Positions 1 through 15,000 of a DNA stretch of 64,000 nucleotides are shown here, piece by piece. This stretch comes from Ascidiella aspersa (taxonomy: Eukaryota): contig OZ004607.1 in the NCBI GenBank assembly GCA_963924565.1, forward strand, positions 24,304,001 to 24,368,000. The letters are read 5' to 3'. A program made the position numbers and the translations under genes. How positions within the stretch are numbered: the first letter of the stretch is position 1; every line of letters begins with the position of its first letter. The notes under the pieces were generated by a model, which worked only from the letters and a program-made list of their open reading frames with translations, ran no database searches and had not been told where the DNA came from.

Positions 1-3000
1 CCCTGTCAACTGGCACGGCAATCATCGAAAGCGACGCCAGCGTCAGTGTGAGCGGAATGTCTGCTACTCCGGTTTTGTCCAGCTACTTGCCGAGCGATCC
101 CACCACGACCACTGAGGATTTCGCTGGTGGCGCACACGGCAGCTTGGGCGGCGGCTGGTATTCGGCCAAACGGCAGTGTATGACGTCACAGGGATCCTAC
201 AAGTCTCCAGCGATCTCGGGCTTCGCCGGAAGAGGTCTCGTGACGAGCAACGGAGGCTCGCGAATCAAGATCTCCGCGCATCATCTTGCCTTGGATGGAA
301 GCCTGCTCGCCAACGGCGCGGATGTCGTGCTAAAAACGTCCGAATTTCCGGCCGGTGACTCGCGAAGTGGCGCCGGGGCTGGATCCGGGGGCAGCATCTG
401 GATCGAGGTTTCCGGTCAGATCGACGGGCGCGGTCACATCTCGGCTGCTGGTGGCTCCTGTAAGATCAGCTCCTACTCACAGCTGACTGCTTCGGATCAG
501 TCGCGAATGGCGGCGATTGCGAACTCGCGTTGTGGAGCCGGAAGCGGAGGGCGTGTGGCTATTTACGCAAGTCACGATCACAACCAATACGTGGGAAGAT
601 TCTGGTAAGTTTGATTAAATCTCCAGATACTTTTTAACTTTCGGGTTTTAGATAAAGTGACTTCCAAATTATGTAAATAATGAAACATATAGGGAACATA
701 GGAACATAATGACTAAAGGTTGTAGTTAGACGTAACATTAGTATCAAAGAACACACAAGGCAGCTAGCACAAATGTTACAATGAATGTTTTTTTTTTAAT
801 ATTTAAAATATGCTACCTTCTTCTGTATGATCTTTGATACTCATTCTACGTCTAAACACAGAACAACAATATCAAAATATTGATAAAATTTATCAAATAA
901 AAGTAAATTTTTGTAAACTGATAAAATATTATTGGTATCAAATAAATATTGTTGGCAAATCGACATGTTACAAATGTAAATCGTAATTGTTATTCAATAC
1001 GTTATTTCTCATTAGCGTCGGTGGAGGAGGCTCTGGTGTAGTGACGTCAAGTTACTATGACAACACTCCTTCTGGACTTGGGGGAGGCCCCGGGTCAATA
1101 TACATATACGATTTAACGAAGAAGTACAAGAAACTCATTGTTGGAAACGACAACGAGCAAAAGCAGATCTGCTATCCGCTGATTGACGTCGACCTGACTG
1201 ACGTCCTGATTTTGGACGAGCTCTATTTGAACGACAGCTCAAGGTTGACCATGCTCGGGAGTGGTGGATCCAAAACGAGTAATTTGCAACTTCAAATTAA
1301 CGAAATGCTCGGTGATAGATCAGGTTGGTGTAATATTTATTTTTCTTAGAAAAAAAGAAGCAAGATCTAAAAGACAGTTTCTTAATATAAAATTCAAAGC
1401 AACAAAGAAGCATTGATTAACGAAATGCTCGGTGATCGGTGGTGTGGTTTAATATTTATTTTTCCATTGATAAAGCAAGGTCTAAAATACATTTTTTTAG
1501 ATAAACTTATAAAGTAACTTAGCAGCTTTATTTAATGAAATGCTCGGTAATCAGACAGGTTAATTTTTTGTAGTTTTAAAGCAAGGTCCAACTATTGATA
1601 TATTAATAAAAAAACATAGTAGCATTGAAGGCGAGTTACTTTGTTAGTAATTACACGGGAACCAAACAGTTATCTCTTTTTATAAGGTGTTCTTCACATA
1701 CTGGCAAACCACACCATCACGCTTCGGCCCGACACAAAGGGCAACGACACGAGCATCAAACCGCCAGTCAACTTCGAAGTGGAGCACGAGGGCGTGCTGA
1801 AGCTGGCCACGCATACGCACATCATAGGCACCGGTTCACCGGCGCTCAGGTTGGAGGGCGAGGTGCACGAAGTTCAGCACTTGGTTTTAGGCCAAGAAAC
1901 GCGCGCAGTTTTCGGTTCGACCGGCAGAATTGTTTCGGGTTCATCGGCGACATCTACAAAGCAGCAGTCGGATCTGCTGACCGGGCTCGTCGAACTTGCG
2001 AGCCTAACGCTTGACGCGGGCAGTAGGATGGAGTTCCCCAAAGACACCGGGGCCAGTCTGATTGCGAGTGATATAAGGATCAAGACCGCGGCCAAGATCA
2101 CGGCCGATTTCATGACGATCCAAGCCGGGAGTGTGCATACCGAACCCGGAAGCGTCATCACGTGTTCCGGGGTCGAAAGGTCTACTTCCAAGTCCCACGT
2201 TCAGTACGATGAGAGTTTGTCGGCTGAAGAAGGAGGCGGGCACGCCAGTGTCGGTGGATCTGGAAAGGTATTCTAACAATTAGAAAAAAATTAATCACGG
2301 CCAAAAAAATGCTATTTTCCCATCTACAGCCAGTTTATTTTTTAAGTTTCTTCTAGGTATATCGTTTGATGAAGGCCTGCTAAAAATACTGTTGTGATTG
2401 ACCGCGTTTGACACCGCATTTTTGTTATAGACAAATTGGTAATTATGCGTTATGACAGTGGTTTTCAACCTTTTATGGCTTGCGACACCACTTGCAAAAA
2501 AAAAATAATGAATAGATTGCGGCACACCTACAAGATTTTTCCGTAGGTGTAATTCACTAGAATGTCACAATAAACGAAACTGGAATGACACACGTCAACT
2601 CTACACAACGTAGGATGTTATAATTGGATTTATTCCACTCTAATCTTTCACAAAAAGTTGTAAGAGTTGAGCAAAAATTATCAAAGATTTTCAAATATCT
2701 CTCGGCACCCTCAAAGCACCCGATTGAGAACCACTGCGTTATGATAAAGAGCCAATCGTATTTAAATACAATCTCGCAATTATAGACTTTCTTAATAGTA
2801 CTTGTTTGGTTTACATTAAAAATTTTACTTACCTAGCCTTATATTCTTCTGCCCAGGATAGCGCAGGAGGAAAATTCCATGGATCAGTGCATTCTGCACA
2901 GGATTTTGGTAGCGCTGGTGGTAACCATGTTGCACAGCCGACTGGAACTCAGCCCAGTGGTGGGTTAGGCGGCGGTTACATTTCCATGATGGTGACTTCC

Positions 3001-6000
3001 TTGACAATTGATGGACTCCTTGAAGCTAATGGGGCTCCTGGAAGATCATCATACGGAGGAAGTGGTGGAAGTGGAGGATCTATTGCGATAAAGACGCGGT
3101 TAGACATTTCATTTCATCTCTTGGTTTTAATAAGTTTTATTTTCCTGATAAAATCGAAGTGTTTTGATAAAGATTTATTTGTGCTAATTTTAAAATTAGT
3201 ATTCTGATAAAGATTTATTTGTGCTATTTTAAAAATTACTATTCTGATAAAGATTAATTTGCTCTATTTTAAAAATTAGTATTCTGATAAAGATTTATTT
3301 GTGATATTTTAAAAATAAGTATTCTGATCTTACTGATAAAAACACTCGTTTTTTATTTAGAACCATATATGGGTTTGGACAATTGGAGGCATCGGGCGGT
3401 GCTGGTGCTTCTGGAACTGGCTCCACAATTTATGGCGGTGGTTCTGGCGGAAGAGTGTCGCTTGTCGTTAAAACTGTTTACAATTTCAAGGTACTTGAAC
3501 ATCAACCGTAGTTATATTTTTGACAAATAATGCCGTACTGTGTTTTAATAGATCGAAATACATTCCTTTTATCCTGCCAGGGTTCATCAAGCGCAGTTGG
3601 GGCAAGAGGATCAAGCGGTTCTAGCAGCGGACGTGCTGAAGATAGACACGGCGGCCCCGGTTCCATTTTTATACAAACCACAAGAAACCAGCTTCAATAT
3701 TACGAGCTGAATGTGGACGGAAACAACCTGGACGTGTTCAAATACGTGTCGCTGACTGCGTCAGATCTAACCCTGACTAACGTCTACGACCAAGTGCGTG
3801 TTATCAGAAGGGGTGGTCTCAGAATCGACGCTACAACTGCAAATAGCAACACATCGGATCATCCTGAACTATATATATTGAAGTTCTACGGAGATCGCAC
3901 CGGTTTGATTCGGGCATATTCCAAGCAAACCATTCACCTGGGAATCGATAAAAACGGACTTTCTACATCTTCGCCGTCAAGCTCAAACACAAACCCAAGT
4001 CAAGCCTTTTATAGACCTTTTGTCAACCTGGTTATTGAGTCGGGCGGTGAAATGATTATGCCCGGAAGATTTTTGGTTTCGGGAACAGGCGTGGCACTCA
4101 ACAACGACCCTGAATCGGACCAGAGCCTGTTTGGCTTCACAGATTTCGGGGCTGTGTCCTTTTTGTTAAACGGAAGACTGACAAACGTCCAGCACTTACA
4201 TGTCGGAAGCAACAAAGTCGCGGTTATGGCCAAACACGGACACTCAGCGTTGAAAGAAAAGGGAATTTACGTTAGTATTGGAGGGGATGGCGATTTCCGA
4301 ATGGGCTCATTGGACTTATACACTGGTTCAACTCTTAAGTAAGTACGACCTCAGTATTATTAAGGTTAGTTTAATATTCTAAAACGGATTTCTTGAAGCA
4401 GAAATGCAAACAATTAAGGTAACATAATAACAGAATCCGAGTTGTTAACAGCATATTAAAACTGTTTATCTATTTTTTTGAACGTTAATTTAAACGTTAA
4501 CTCTTATTCGCCAGGTTTATGCCTGATCTTTCAATGAGTGGAGGCTTCTGTACCCTGAAGCTGGAATATAAATCAACCCTTTCTGCCGCTTCCTACAATC
4601 TTAAAATTGGCCAACTCGAAGTGGACGCCGGAGCCTTAATGACCTGTTCGGGGACAGACAGAAGTCGGGATACTTACACGCCAAGTGTCGGTGATGGCAA
4701 AAACGGTGCCGCAGGTGAACTTACCTGAGATTTGGTTGATGTAATGTAATCGATTTTTATAATTAACATATTATATAAATAAATATTTTGACGATGTAGT
4801 GATTTAACCAATTTTCATATTTGTTCTGAATTTTAAAAAGGGTAATTCACATTGTCCTAGATATATTCAACAGCAGAATACAGTGTAGTAAACAAGTCAT
4901 TTTAAAATGTAAGTCACAGTCAAGTCATTTTGGAAAAAAATAAGTCAAGCCTCAGTCCAAGTAATCAGTTGCCCACGTAAGGTCAAGTCATAGTAAATGC
5001 AAGTCAATTTCAAGTCAATTCCTTATCATAAAATTTAAATGTTAAACTATTCAAATTGGTAAACTAGTCCGAATATGTGCGGTAACTCAACTAAATAGTA
5101 ACACAAAACGCAACATATTGCAAGCAATTTGTTTTATGTGGAAAACTAAAAGGTTATTTAAATGTAACCGTGTTAGGTGGTTATGGATCGTTTGGAGGAT
5201 ATTCCTCGTCATCTGGCGATCGCGGAGATTACTTCGGCACACTATATCTTCCTCGCGAGATGGGAGGATCCGGGTCAGGTGGAAGTGGACATAGAGCGAG
5301 AGGAGGGAGCAAAATCGAAGTACACGTCGGAGTTTTTATCCGAAACGAAGGTAGGACAACCAAAGTTACAAAACGTAGTCACGCCCTTAAAAGTAACATT
5401 AGACGTATAGGTATAACTTAAATTACGAATTATTAAAATTTTAATTATTATTTTTTTTATATTTCAACTACATTTTTTGACAGTTTATACATGTTTGTCT
5501 TTTCTGCAGAAACTGTTAATGCATATTCATAAGACGAAATATATGTTTCTGTAATATTTTAACAAATGATTTTATGTTTTACACCTGTTTTTATAAACAG
5601 TGTAAACAGCAACTGAAACGAAAGCAAGGATCTTTTCCATTTTATTGTCGAAGTGAGATACCTTATATTCAAAAGTGTTTTAGCTTATAAACTAAAAAGG
5701 CATAGTCTAAAAACATTCCGAAATTTGAATCATTTCCCTCAAGGCTAAATACAGTGTAAACATGTTAACATACCAAAAATGCACCGATTTATAATCAAGA
5801 TTTACTATGTGCGTTTTAAAAGGTAAAGTAACCTAACTGTATTTTGTGGAACCGGTCTCTCGCCAAAATTATTAAAGTTGTAAGACAGGCTGCCGACGTA
5901 ATCAAACTATAGCTTCTCATTTAAGCCTGTTTTATACTCCAGAAACCCTAATAACAATCGTGAATTTCTACTTCAATGCAAGAAATGGGTGACATACATG

Positions 6001-9000
6001 GGTGGTTTTAAAACGATGAATATATTAATATCTGAAATAAGCTTATGATATTAATATATATAAGCTTATATATTAATAATTCGAATACTTATTCAATCGT
6101 ACATTGTATAACTTGTTCACCGAGCTGGTGGTTATTATTGTACAGCAGTAATTCTAAATAGGAAACTATTGTATTGATGATAGCGGTGGCCGACTGGCTG
6201 TGGACCCAGGAAACAGATTGGAATTATACGTAGGTAAATCACAATTATACAGCTAACGAGTTTTTTAACACCAGGTACAATTTCGGTGGACGGGGAGTTC
6301 TCATCAGCTCACGGATCGGGAAGTGGAGGTTCGATCTTGGTGTTTGCTCACCACATTTCAGGACACGGGACATTCTCAGCTTCCGGAGGCTCTGGAGCAG
6401 CTGGTGGTTCCGGTGGAAGGATCGCCATATACACCAACCAGACGACTTCTTTCCAGGTAAAACATGCAAACAGTGTTTTTTTTTAATCAGTGTTTGGCAA
6501 ACTTTTTTGTCGCGGCCAAAAGTTTTCTTTTCCGAGCTATTGAAGGCCCACTACATAAAACAACTACGAAAACAGTGGCGGATCCAGAATATTTGTTCTG
6601 AGTTTGAGGCATCAGAATGACGTCACAAAGTTACGCCATAAAACAATTGTTATCATAAACACCTGTTGTTCCCATAGTTAAAGTTGGCAAAAAATATAGT
6701 TTAACAGGCACTATAAGTGCCACATTATAGACAAATATAATTCTTAGCCACATCTACTTGTAAAACACAGTACAATAAATGAACGGCTATTACGCGGCCC
6801 ACAACTACTGATAACACTAACTGTTCAAAAATAGTTCGCGGTCCACTAAAAATGACTCTGCGGCCCTTTGGGCCGCGGCTCACAGTTTGCCGACCACAGG
6901 TATAGGTCCATCAGCAATGCTTATTATTGTCCAAAAGTGAAATTGTTTGCCGTCGACCAAAATAATAACGGCAGTTAGAAACGATTTGCCCATAAAACGG
7001 GTAAAAAATTTCACAACAACCTTTTTTATAATATTTACCACAAAAACTATATACTCTCATTTTTAGGGAAGCTACAACGCTCTGGGAGGCGCCGGTTCCT
7101 GCGGCTCTTGCCATGGGTCGCCCGGCTCCGTTTACGTTCATCAATTGGTGCCAGAAAAAAATACGGAAGGCGTCACAGAGGAAGGAGCTTTTAAAGTTGA
7201 AGAAGCGCTCATCATAAATGGCGCTGGCCGACCTTGGGAAAACAACTATTACGTTCTCGACGAAGAAGACGAAAACGCGACCACAACCGATCACGTGACA
7301 ACCTTGCAGGAGATCCAGTTGATGAACGGCGCAGCTCTTCGGTTGCCGAACGACGGTTTGCCAAGAAGTCTTCAAATTGTAAAGTTAGTAAACGTGTTTT
7401 TTTTCAAATAAATGAGTGGGTATTCACGTTGGTCTTGTTAGTGACACTTGTAGAAAAACTGTGCTAGAAAAAATGACAATTTCTTGCATAGACGCGCCTA
7501 ACCTGATTAATGGGAACAAGAGCAACTTTTACATAGATTTTAATTGCTAAGTTATTTAAAGTACCTTGAATAGGTCGAGTAAATGGGCATATTCTTAAAA
7601 AAATGACTTTTCGATACACACTTGTATCATCAACAGTTAATGTGACTGAAATATATTTAAAAGTCAATTATAAAAGGTGGCACGCAATTCCTATCATTGC
7701 GAGTTTCTCAATTTTCAAGCTATGGAACTCTGCTTAATAAATTCCAGGGGGATCTTTTTATATTAGCAAACTTATTTACGCAGGTTTACGGGTGATCTTT
7801 CCGGCTTAGTGCACATGATGGTGAACCACACATATTACATTTCAACTGCTGAAACAGCTGCAACCGTGATAAAGCCCCGTGCGAGTGTATGGGTCGACGA
7901 AGGGGCAAGTGCCCATCTTGCAACAACCACCGATATCATAGGTAAAACTCCTGTCGCAAATAAACTGAAGTAAAGAGTTTTAAGTAATAAGATTCCTCTG
8001 ATTCGAATTGGCGCGACATTCGGAAACGAAAGCTTTGTTATCGAGTATGTTGCCTATTTGTATAGGTACTGGACCACTTGCCTTCCGCTGGCACGGTGAA
8101 ATTGTAGGAGTACATCACTTAAGGATCGGTCAAGGCAGATCAGCTGAGATAGGCTCCCGGGCTCAGACAAGCCATGTGGTGGACGGGGTTAAGGATGCTG
8201 GTTCGCCAGGACATTTCAGGTAGGACAAATTCACATGAATTAACGTTCCTTTGAAATAAAATTTTTCTTTATGCTAACATTTGTGAATAATGAATGACTT
8301 TTGTTTTGCATAAAAAGGTTACGGTTACAACATGATAGGAATCTAAAGCAATTTTCAAAGACATTGCTTTCCAGCGAAACCTTATCGACAACTTATCGCA
8401 GGTTAACCGTGTGGGAACTGGGCTCCGAGTCTACTGCAACGATGACGCCCCCTTACGGAATGACGTTTACGACTACGACCCTCGACATGAAATGGGCGGC
8501 GGTTATGACTGCCGAAAATTACACGGTGTTTGCAACTGACGTTCACCTGGAACCGGTGGCTACTATGTCTTGTCGCGGAAGAGGACAGGACTCGCTGCCC
8601 GGCGAACCAACCCAATGGGGAGAAGGCGCATCTTACGCGGTCGATGGCGGATACGGTTAGCAGTTCCTGTAGGGCGGTCGTCATGAACTGTATTAAACAC
8701 TTTAATTTGGCGGTTCAATACTAATGAAGACTATAAGTGCATAGAAATTTCTTTAGGTGTGGTAGGTGTTGAAAGCGTTGTATTTGTCGTAAAGCAAAAA
8801 TATTGCTTAGAATCATGGTTCGACTGTTTTTTAGGTGATTTTTCGGAATTGATAATACAGGAATTCTAAACTGTTTCGGAAAACTCAACAAATGACATTT
8901 GTTTTAAGATAATTCCAATTTTTTTAATATTTGGCAAATTTAATACTGATGAAGACTAAAAGTGGGTCGTAGGTTTTGAAAACGTTGTAAGTTTAGTAAA

Positions 9001-12000
9001 GCAATAACAAATACTAATCATTCTAAACTGTTTCGGATGACTCGGTAAAACATATGAGATTTGTCTCAAAATCATTCCAAATTTTCAGGCTCAAATTCCA
9101 AGACAACTGCAAACAAGTACGATTCGATTTACGAACCTGTGATGGGAGGTTCACGAGGTGGACCGGCATCCAACGGAGCGTTGGGATCTCGTGGTGGAGG
9201 AGTTTTCAGGATGAAGATTGGGAAGGAATTGTTCCTCGACGGAATCTTAGATGCACGTGCCGGCGACGCAACGTCCAACGCGGGCGGTGGAAGCGGTGGT
9301 GCTGTTTGGATTACTGCTGGTCAGTGTTTTGTGTTTTACGAAAGATACAGTTTTTTTTTCAGAATTAGAAATCCATAAAAATGTCACAAATGTAGGGGCC
9401 AAACTTTGGCACTGAACATATGGTTGAAGATTCAACCGAAAACTATTTGCTTACAAAAAGTAAATTTTTAACAAATTTTTACTAAAGCGTAATTTTGTTT
9501 TCTCGAAAATAGAGATTGTTATAAAACGTTGGAGCATAATGGTTGGAGGTTGTAGTAAGACGTAATAAGAATATTATAAAACGTCTTTTTGAAAAAAAAA
9601 AAGTCAAACTATTATTCAAAAACAGTTCCTCTGGTAATTGTTGCTCTTAATCAACTTTTCGGCCACCTATATGCCAGGGGTTCCCAACCTGTGGGCCTTC
9701 GCCCCCTAACCCGATTGAGCTTTAAGAAAGATAGCTTGACCACATTTTGGGCAAAACTAAACAATTCGTACCTTTAGCTTAATGAAATGGTCATGCCATT
9801 GCTGTTGCTTTTCTCATCAACATGAGTTTGTGAATGTGGGTTTTCAACAATGTTACTTCTGAAGACAAAGCAGCGCAGTGTCTTGGATATTCAATATGAC
9901 ACGCGGCTTGGCTCTTTCCACCACTAAACCAGCAATTAAGACATTGTCAGAGCAAAAACATTTATTGTGTGTTGTATATTATTTTATCACTACCCCTTAC
10001 TTTATGAACCATTTTTTAATAAAAAATGACGTTTCTTATTTTTTTCAAAAGGTTGAAAAAATATAGGGGGGCCATTGATTTCTCAAAATTCTCAGAGGGG
10101 CCACGGTGTAAAAAAGGTTGGGAACCCCTGCAGAATATGCAATGCTTTCGGTGTCATTCAAGCTGCCAAGGCGACTTGTATAGGTTGCCAAAACGTTAGA
10201 GTCGTTTTTGACTTATATTACTATGCCTGGTAGGAACAGTTAATATAAGCTCAAAGCCTTATAAGAATATAACTGCTAAACCACGCGTGCTGCTTTTAAA
10301 GGATCCTCAAAAGGTCACGGTCTCATGGATGTGACTGGAGGCAAGGGTTATGGCGGAGGTGCAGGAGGCAGGATTGCTCTTCACGTGAGAAACAGCGTCT
10401 ACCGAGGCGCCCTGGTTGCTGTCGGAGCAGCCGGAAGTCATGACCACGGAGGAACTGGAACCGTGTACATTGAAGATGTTCGGTTTGAGGATGGACCGGA
10501 CCCCGTCGAATACTTTCACACCACTTTGATTCTGAACAACCTTGTAAGTAATAATATTACAACACCTCTTAAAAAGCATATCGCTTAATTTGGAGTGAGG
10601 AATCCATAGAGTTGTGTTTATTTTTTTTCGCACTGATGTTCGTTTATTTTTCTGTCATATTCGTATGTCTGTAATGCTGGGCCTAAAGAGTAGCCTACTT
10701 TGTAATGATTATGCTAAATGTGTTGCTTCTGATTTTAAGAATTTTTATCGCACTTATTGGTGTTCGAAGATTTTTTCTTTCACATCCGTATATCTGGTAT
10801 GCTGTGCCTAAAGAGTAGCCTACTTTGTGTTGATTATGCTAAAACTGATGCGTCTGATTTCAGAATCGCTTGCCATCCAAGCCTTTCGTATTATCGGAAG
10901 TGAATCCGCGTAACGTGACAGTGCGAGATCTCGCGCTATACAACGGCGCCGATTTCACGTTTGACGAAGTTTCGTTGTGGGGAAGAGTGCTCTTCCAAAT
11001 CGAAACTCCCAAGACAACCGCTTTATTCCAGTCGGCAGGACTCGCAGGTTCTGTAACGCTGATTAACATTCGTGGCGACGGAAGTTCCTTGCTTCACGTG
11101 AGGCAAAACCAGACGTTCTACGTTGAGTATACACCCGCGGAAGAAAGGTAGTACTGTGTAATGTTAACTTTACAACTAAGATTAGTTTTTTTGCTAAATC
11201 GTTGGTAAAGGAATATTTTTAGTTGGGCTTTGAAAAACGTTCACAAAACCCCATGTGTAAAATTATTATCCACATTATTACGCCTAAACCGCCATCCCGA
11301 CTGTTGATAAAAGGAAATGAATTGAACCACATTTTTAGTTACAATACAAGCCTTTTTTTAGTTTTATTCTAAGTAATACTTTTCACCTAATACTATTAAT
11401 TCTGTTTGGATTTTAAACAAAACTTTCATTTTACTAACGTCTGATTATTATTTTTTCACGTAGGCGATCGAAGCCACCTGTCAACTTCGAGGTCCTGGAA
11501 ACAGGGGATCTGGTGATGTCATCTGACACGAGACTGATAGGAAACGAGGTGACGCCATTAAAGTTGTACGGAAACCTGATTAAAGTTTTGAACCTCACTT
11601 TACCGGAGGGAAAGATTTTGCTTCTGGGAGTAAACGGTCAGATCCTTCCATCAAGCGAAACAAAACAACCAGGTAAAGTAGTCATTGCTTCCGAGTTGTT
11701 GTCGGTCATAAATGCCGATTGTAGATGCTGCTAATACTGTTTGAACGATAGAATTTGTTTTTGGATAAATGTGTCGGTATATTTATAACAGCATTGCGTA
11801 CGTTTACCTAGGCATCAATGTCAACCTTGGAGTTCTCCTGATGGAGGCATCTTCAAGCGTTCGCTACGTGCCCGATAAGACATTCAAAATGGATGTGGGG
11901 ACATTGACGATGAGATACGGCGCATTCATAGAGGCTGACCTAATTTTGATCAAGGCGTTTGCAATTATAATGGAAGGAGGTTCATATCTTGACGTTTCCG

Positions 12001-15000
12001 GCCGAGGCCCTCAACCACAAAACGTAAGCCCTTCGCAAAAACAAACATAAGATGTTTCGAACCGCGTTTGGTTGATCTGTACAATGTTCAATTGTACATA
12101 GTATGTAGCTCAATTCGTTTTATGGTTGTAGGGACCTGGAGCCGGTCTATCTGACAACGTTGGTGCTGGCCATGGCGGAGTGGGCGGCGGAAAGACCGAC
12201 AACAACTACACTGCTGGTTCTGCTGCGGCCTACGGTTCCTACTCTGCTCCAGAACTAGTTGGTAGTGGAGGAGGCGGGACTCAGGTATTTAAATATTTCT
12301 TTAGTATTTCAACTTTTTTTCTTTAACGGTGTTTATAACGGTTTCAGGGTGGTCGTGGTGGAAGTCGAATTCGCATCGATGTCGCACACACCTTTCACAT
12401 GGACGGAATGCTCAAGGCAAACGGAGGATCAGCAACAACGGGATCCAATAATGGCGGTGGATCGGGTGGCTCCGTTTACGTGGTTACTGGTAAGTAATTC
12501 CTTGTACACTTGTTGGCATCCAGTTAAGGCGCTATAAATCATCACCACGGAACACTGTACTTTGCATAGTATAAGGTCACAGGTTTGTCAAAAATTTCCA
12601 ACAATATATCTGCACAGGTAAGCAGCAGCGTAACATTAAACGTAGCAAACTGAATATGAAAAGAATAATCTATTTAAGTCGTATGTTTCAGTAAATAACA
12701 AAGTACACCACTTGTTATTACATTTTTTAAAATGTTTAAAGGTACATTCACCGGACATGGTTATGTGGATGTAAATGGTGGAAGTGGACAAGGTTACGGA
12801 GGCGGTGGTGCCGGGGGGAGAGTTGCTGTCAACTCCCGTGTATCCATGACCTTTACCGGAACATACAGGTTGGACACACTTTAAAATTGCAATAAAATAT
12901 CCCTTAAATTGTTTTCCACCTGTCCGACATTGCAGTAAACTTCCAAGATGTTTAAATTGGGATATGCCATTTTATTAATTCTCTTAAACACGGGTGATTT
13001 GTTTCACGTCTAGTGCCGTCGGTGGACTTGGAAACGACGAAACTACACACGGGGGAGCTGGAACTGTGTTTCACATTGGACAGAGCTTGCAACTTTACGA
13101 TGGCCGTCAGGTATTTGGCGTGAATATCTAAACTAGTGTGTTCATGTGTTTAAAGAAAAAGAAAACAGGTAAAAATACCAATATAACTGTGCCACATCAG
13201 GTTTTAATATATAAACTGTTGCTACCAGGCATAGTAATGTTAATAAAAAAAAGCTTGTTTGGTAACGTTGGTAAAGAATTATCATTAACAGAAGAGCTGT
13301 TTTTTGATCAACTTCCAATGTTTTTTTAAAGACGTCATCCGAGGATTCAGGTGGCTTTTACGGCAATCTGCTGATCGACAACAACGACCGTTTCTCCCAA
13401 ATGCCAACAGTCGTGATGCTGAGCAGCGACCAATCCAATCTTATCGAGCTTACCGAGCTTCAGATCTACCGTCGTACGAGGGTCGTGTTTGAGGGACAAG
13501 ACACGAACGTCGTTATCCACAAGTACGTAATAGTGTTGAAAGCACTAAAGCAATACAATAGCAACTCATTTTAATATTAATTTAATGTTAATGGATATAA
13601 CATTTCTGAACATGAATACACAGGGCTTGTACATCTGTGACACAAAACATAAACAAAGTCAAATCATAATAATATATGTTTCACGGAGCACTGAATATGC
13701 ATTCATTCGAATTAAGATATACTGACGATGCTTTGCTGGCAAAAAAATATATATATATATATTTTATCATCTATAAAAAGCGTCTGACTTAAATTACTAT
13801 ATTTGCTAGAGTATTCTGCTATTATTTTTCACGGATATAACATTTTTAACATCGTATACACAATACAGGTTTGCTGGAGATCGCACTGGACTTGTACATT
13901 TGCGTCATCGGCAAATATTAAACGCCGATGCGTCTGGTCTTGAGTATGGTTTCACCGTAGCACCAGTTTCCTACCAGGTACCTGTATTTTACACAAACAC
14001 AACTTTTACACAAAACTTGTTTATCATATTATAAATACATTTTTTTAAAGATCGATGAAGATGCTGAGCTGGTTCTTCCTCACCGCACAATGTTCCTGGG
14101 AACAACAACTGATATCAAGGGACTTCTTACTGGATCAATTCATCTACAACTTGCCAGCGGAACGTCAATTGTATTTCACTCTACCGCAAGGTTTGGATCG
14201 TATTCCTATAAGAGGATATTTGAGATAAAGCTAATTTAGTTGCGAGTGTTTAACTTCGAATTCGTTACAGAACTGGATTGTATGAAAACGGGGAAACTGT
14301 TGGAATTACAAGCAGAGGAAATTTGTCATTTGCAACTGTGGAAATACACAGGTAGGAAATTTACTGTTTTTGCTTATTACAATTCAATGCGTTTACCTGT
14401 GATTTATTTGACACATCATGTTGCAACGCCAAAATGCTTTGATATCAACGCAATACACGCAATGCGAATTTTGTTGAAGTCGTGCTATTTCTGACAATTG
14501 TTGTTTGGTTTCTGAACGCTTGTCCCGGTGGTACTTGTCTTTAGTTAAGTGGATTTGGTATTAACACTGATGTTATTTGACGTTAATTAGAAACTCCAAA
14601 GTCACGATACAAGACGCAAGTGAAATCCCTACGCTCAGTGTCGGTAAACTGCTCCTCAACTATGAGTCGCTTCTCCAAATGATCAGAGGCAAGATCATTT
14701 CCGACGACACGGACTTTGAAAGCGGGGGAGTCTTTTCCATGGTTGGAACCGGTTTCTCATCGGAGAAAGGTTTTGGCAAAGGAAGATCTGAAAATGGCGT
14801 CGGGTACATAAAACGAATCGATGTTTTAATGAAGTTATTCTAATGTAAAAAATATATTTAAAAAAATCAGTTAACTGGATTTCGTGTACACTCGAATTTA
14901 AGAGTTTTAATTCTTTACATTTATAATCATTAGCTCATGTTTTTCTTTTTTCAGACTTGGAGCAGGTCACGGAGGATATGGTGGTTCGAACAAAGATGAT

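Noticed and set aside
3165-3328. CRISPR-like array (also 59448-59556)
   Set aside because: Head-to-tail minisatellites with no unique spacers, in eukaryotic introns, with no cas genes.
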